A stretch of DNA of 64,000 nucleotides from the human T2T-CHM13v2.0 reference genome, Homo sapiens: NCBI RefSeq assembly GCF_009914755.1, contig NC_060947.1; one strand, written 5' to 3'. The translations under genes and the position numbers were made by a program. Of this stretch, positions 59,178 through 64,000 are shown one piece after another. Numbering within the stretch: position 1 is the first letter of the stretch; each line of letters starts with the position of its first letter. The notes under the pieces are model-generated. The model was not told where the DNA came from, did not search any database, and saw only the letters and a list, made by a program, of their open reading frames with translations.

Positions 59178-59575
59178 CTAAAAACCAAATTGACATCACT
59201 ATAAAAGGCACCTGGCCAAGCCTGCCCATGGAAGGTGTCATTTAGCATCTAAATGAAATAACAATAAGCTAAGAGACAGAGAAGCAGGATCTTGGTGTTG
59301 GGAGACTGGACATCAAGCATCAAAGGTAAAGGCTGATATCTGCCCTGGATGGGACATGATGACTGAGTTTCTCAGGTGAAGGGTCTCAGAGAATTGTAGA
59401 AAGAGCAAAATCATGGGAAATCTATGGAGACAACCAACATTTTAGTGTAACCAGCTTCAAGATTCGTGGCCTAGGGGCAAGCCTCCAAACACATGACTAC
59501 TAAACTTTTCTCTACCTAGGGATAGGCATGGTCTTAAGTAGTGGAAAACTAAAGTCTACAATAAATGGATAATCA

Positions 59576-59890
59576 GGCCAGGCACTGTGGCTCATGCCCG
59601 TGATACCAGCACTTAGGAAGCTGAGGTGGGTGGATCGCTTGAGCCCAGGAGTTTCAGACCAGCTTGGCCAAAATAGCAAGATTTCGGTTCTACAAAAAAT
59701 ACAAAAGCACATTAGCTGGGTGTGGTAGTGGCATGCCTCTGTTTCCAGATACTCAGGAGGCTGAGGCAGGAGAATCTCTTGAGCCTGGAGGTTGAAGCTG
59801 CAGTGAGCTGTGATCGCGCCACTGCACTCCAGGCTGGGCAATGGAGTGAGATGCTGTCTCAAAAACAAAACAAAGCAAACAAACAAAAAT
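59576..59890 (+). mobile_element. AluJ-like
   Basis: Dimer; TSD-like ATAATCA. Confidence 0.9.
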
Positions 59891-59964
59891 ATAATCAGCC
59901 ATAAGGCTGAGGATTTGAATGTCTAAGAAAACAAAAGAAACTTATTTGCACCTTAACTATAGAC

Positions 59965-60172
59965 CAGCGGTCTGCAAACCATAGCTGGTGGGTTATGTCT
60001 GTCTCAACGCTTATTTTTGCAGATGGAATTTCATAAAAGCACAATCATACCCATTGGTTTACATTTCTGGCTGCTTTTGTGCTACAACTACAGCCTTAGG
60101 TAGCTGTAACAGAGACCTGGAAAGCCTAACATGACTACCTTCTACATTCTGCCCCTACATTACTGACCCCTG
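59965..60172. mobile_element. MER58-like hAT element
   Basis: CAGCGGTCTGCAAAC...TGGCTGCTTTTGTGCTACAAC...GTAGCTGTAACAGAGACC...CTGACCCCTG. Confidence 0.6.
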
Positions 60173-60477
60173 ATAGAATCTCTTCTCTCACAGTTTCCTT
60201 TAAATCTACCTGTGTTCTCTTCACTTCTTTCCCACCCCTTTCAGGGTTACCGCAGGTGAATGCAACTTATTCCTAACCCATAATAAAAAATCACCCCTGC
60301 TTTAACATAGGTCTTCTTTCACTCCGTATAAAGAGAACAATGTATTCTATTGTCTCTTGGTATTGCCTCTGTAGTAATTGTATTTTAATGCTGTTCCTAT
60401 GAAAACTTTCTATGTTTGAGCAACAGTTTATGTTGGACTAAAATGCACAAGCTACAGTTAGTAAAGGAGTCCCTCAT

Positions 60478-60683
60478 TCACACACACACACACACAGACA
60501 CACACACGCACACTCACACAGACACACACATAGACACACACAAACAGACACACACAGGCACACACACTCACACAGACACACACACAAGACACACAAACAC
60601 ACACAGACACACAGACACACACACAGACACACGCACATTCACACTCACAGAGACACATACACGCACACACACACATACACGCA
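60478..60683. repeat. Compound (CA)n/(CAGACA)n microsatellite
   Basis: Directly visible. Confidence 0.95.
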
Positions 60684-61558
60684 TTATATAAAAAATAAGA
60701 AAGAAAAAACTGTATAGCATTTGGTGTCGGTTTCTTAGAATGCATACTGTTTTATATCCCATGAGTTTCAATTAGGAGTAATTTATTACTGCTATTAAAG
60801 AAAAATATGTCTATTTTGGTACAAAAGTGCAACCTTTTTAGGGTGTGATTGTACTACTAGTACACCCCTAGGAAGGGATCATCTATTCCTTTTAATGTCT
60901 TTAGTACCAACACGATTTAAGTTGAAAAACGCTAGAAACAGCTCTTCCATGTCAGGTTTACCTCAGGCTTTAATAGACTCTCAAACTCAAGACATTTCTG
61001 AGCATATTGATGCATTAATTATGGAGAAGGCAATTAATTATATAGATCATAATGAGACCTTCATCGTTGCTTAATTTAACACAAAAATTCAATTTCCTTC
61101 ACAAGAATCAGATAAATGTGGGCTATCATCAATGTTTTTAATCATGGGGCATTTCTTGATGGCAGTCTTGGAAAACCATGAGCTGAGTCATTTTGTTCCC
61201 AGAGGAACTGATACCACTGACCTGAAGCTGGTCCTATCTCTTTCTTTCCATACAGACTATTGCAATTGTAGCAGGTTTAATTCCTGCATTAACATACTTC
61301 CCAATTTGAGTTCAATTAAAAGTTCCTCATAAGGAAAAACAATCTCATTTTATTGATATTCATTTCCTATAAAATATTATTGAATGACGACGGGTGTTGC
61401 ATGTTCTATTTAACAAGAGAAACAGAATAAAATGAAATGGGCTCCTGGGTATACTGTCTTCTTGCAAAAATCAAACACATTGATTACATTTCTTAAATAA
61501 TTGAAGACAGTTGGAGTATCTTTCCGCAACTAAAGTTTAGCATGAGAAGCTCACACTA

Positions 61559-61893
<335 letters not shown>

Positions 61894-62594
61894 CTAGTGA
61901 GACCGACCCTTAGAAGATGTATTTTAACTTTTTTTTTTTTTTATCTTTCAAGTTCATGTAAGGAGATGTATTTTTAGAAAAGATAATTTGGTTTTAAGTA
62001 ATATATTTTTGAATTATTAACAGAATGTGTTTTCCATCAAACTAAACTGTATTTAAGTATTATCAATTTTAGGTAAGAAATTTTACAAGTGTGTGTCAGT
62101 ACTAACTTCAAGCTATTGATTTTTCCTTCCCTGGCTCTGTCTCTCTTTCTCTCATAAACCCAATTCTTCAAAAAAATGGCTGAGATTCTTGATTGCATTT
62201 AAAATTTGAATGCTAGAATTTTTCTCTTTCTTCCATCAGTTCTGATTTGGCAATTATGCTTAAAATATTCTTGTAAAGTCAGAGACTAACCTTCCGATAA
62301 CCTTACAAATGTGTATCCTGCCATTAATAGTCATGTTCTCTCAAATTACAAAGTGTTTTTTCTTTATTCTCTTATTTTATACGCCAGTCATCAGAATGCC
62401 CATTGCAAGCCAAATGTATACACATTGTGCTGCTGAATTAAGGTACAATGTATTCCTCAAGATATTTAGTAAGACTATGCAAAACACGATCTGAAATGGA
62501 GTTAAGCAAAGCACACACACACAAACCGTCAATAAAATTTACAGGCCTCTTCCTTATCTTACATGTTATGACCCAAATAATCAGATACAAACCC

Positions 62595-63080
62595 TGTGGT
62601 GGGCAGGATAATGGCCCTCCCAAAATGCCTGCATCCTCTGCAAACTCTGAATGTGTCACCTTACATGGAAAAAGAAGCTTGGAAGGTGTGATCAACTGTG
62701 CAGATTTTGTAATGGGGAGATGATCCTGAATTATTCAAGTGGACCCAATTTCAACTCATGAGAACTTAAAATCAGAGATCATTTTCCAGCTGTGACCATA
62801 GGGAGATATAACTATGGAAAAATTCTCAAAAAGAGATGCAGCACTACTGGCATTGAAAATCGTGGATAGGACCATGTACAAATGAATGCAGATCACCTCT
62901 AGAAATTGGGAAAAGGTAAGGAAACAGTTTCTCCCCCTGAGGCTGCAGAAACAAATGCAGTCCCACTGACACCTTAATTTTGATCGCCAGCCCTTCTGCA
63001 GAACTGTAAGACAAACACTTTCATTGTTTTAGATGCTGAGTTTGTAGCAATTTGTTACAGAAACTGTAGACAACAAATGC
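62595..63080 (+). mobile_element. MLT1D-like MaLR LTR
   Basis: TGTGGTGGGCAGGATAATGGCCCTCCCAAAATG...TGTCACCTTACATGG...GCAATTTGTTACAG. Confidence 0.8.
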
Positions 63081-64000
63081 AAGCCCTACTTTTGTTGTAT
63101 GTTAGTTCTCTTGAACTACAGTGGATACCATGCATTTAACTCCAGAATTCTGCCAACAATCACTGGCAGTGTAGATGGAATGGTCTTCCTAAATGATACA
63201 TTTCAGTACATTCCTTTCTTTTTGAAATGTCAGCAATGCTAGAGCACTCAGTCTTCTGAACATGTTTCGTCAAGCCCTAGTGATGCAGTCTTCTCCTTAG
63301 TACCCACACCTCTGAGACCCCTAGGCAGAAACCATGGTGACTTGCTCATAAGAATCCCTTTGTTAATTATTTTCCTCTCTTCTGGATTGATTTCCGTGCC
63401 CATCTATGTTGCCATAACACTGTATTTTCTTGGACTATAACTCAGCTGAGTTAAATCAAGTCTTATTATTTAAGTCTCATTAATTGGGTCTTTCCTGATC
63501 TTTCTTGTCACCAGTAGAACTGGCTACACCATCATTTGTGAGCCACTTATGAACTCTGCGTGTATTGTACACAACATCATGCATGATGCTTTATTCACTG
63601 GTTTTGTTTGCAGGTTTCCCTCCATCATAATTCCCAATAAAAGGACTTATATGAACTCCCATATTTCCCATAATTACAAATAAAAGCAAAACTTGCATGA
63701 TTATAATCATGCAAGGCTCTGAGAAATAGAGTATATATCAGCACATCAGTCTATGGGATTGGTGGACAACAACCTAGGAGATAAAAGGTGAGTACTATAG
63801 ACACTCTTTTGCCTTCATGAAGCTTATAATCTAGTAGTGTGGCAAACACTAGTCCATAAATGAATAACATTGCAACTTTTACAGACAATCTGAAGGAAAG
63901 ATAAGATATTGTGAGTGTGAATGGCGAGATGAAAGGATTGCTCACATAAAGACAGTCAGGAGATGTTCTGCTGAAAATATTATTCATACATCTCTTTTAT

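Overview
AT-rich, repeat-dense primate (human-like) genomic DNA. I can support no host protein-coding exon or RNA gene; nearly all six-frame ORFs are read-throughs of Alu, L1, LTR or simple repeats. The main element is a ~5.7 kb internally deleted HERV-H provirus (34802-40519, + strand) with two LTR7-type LTRs, a tRNA-His primer-binding site, decayed gag/pro/pol and a polypurine tract. It lacks the usual ~5-bp target-site duplication. Instead it is flanked by a 684-bp direct duplication of host DNA (34118-34801 = 40517-41200; 9 mismatches by hand count), and its 3' LTR has lost its last 3 bases and joins host DNA at a 3-bp ATG microhomology. The duplication has diverged about as much as the two LTRs (~1.3% vs ~1.3-1.6%), which suggests it formed at integration and could allow scarless excision of the provirus. 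Other notable structures: two (TA)n-centred fold-back palindromes of different ages (1462-2136, 7313-8192), a twin-primed L1 inversion, a 71-bp insertion apparently copied from 3.6 kb away, and two complex repair-scar junctions. Repeat family calls come from recalled consensus sequences, not database searches. Boundaries of old repeats are approximate.
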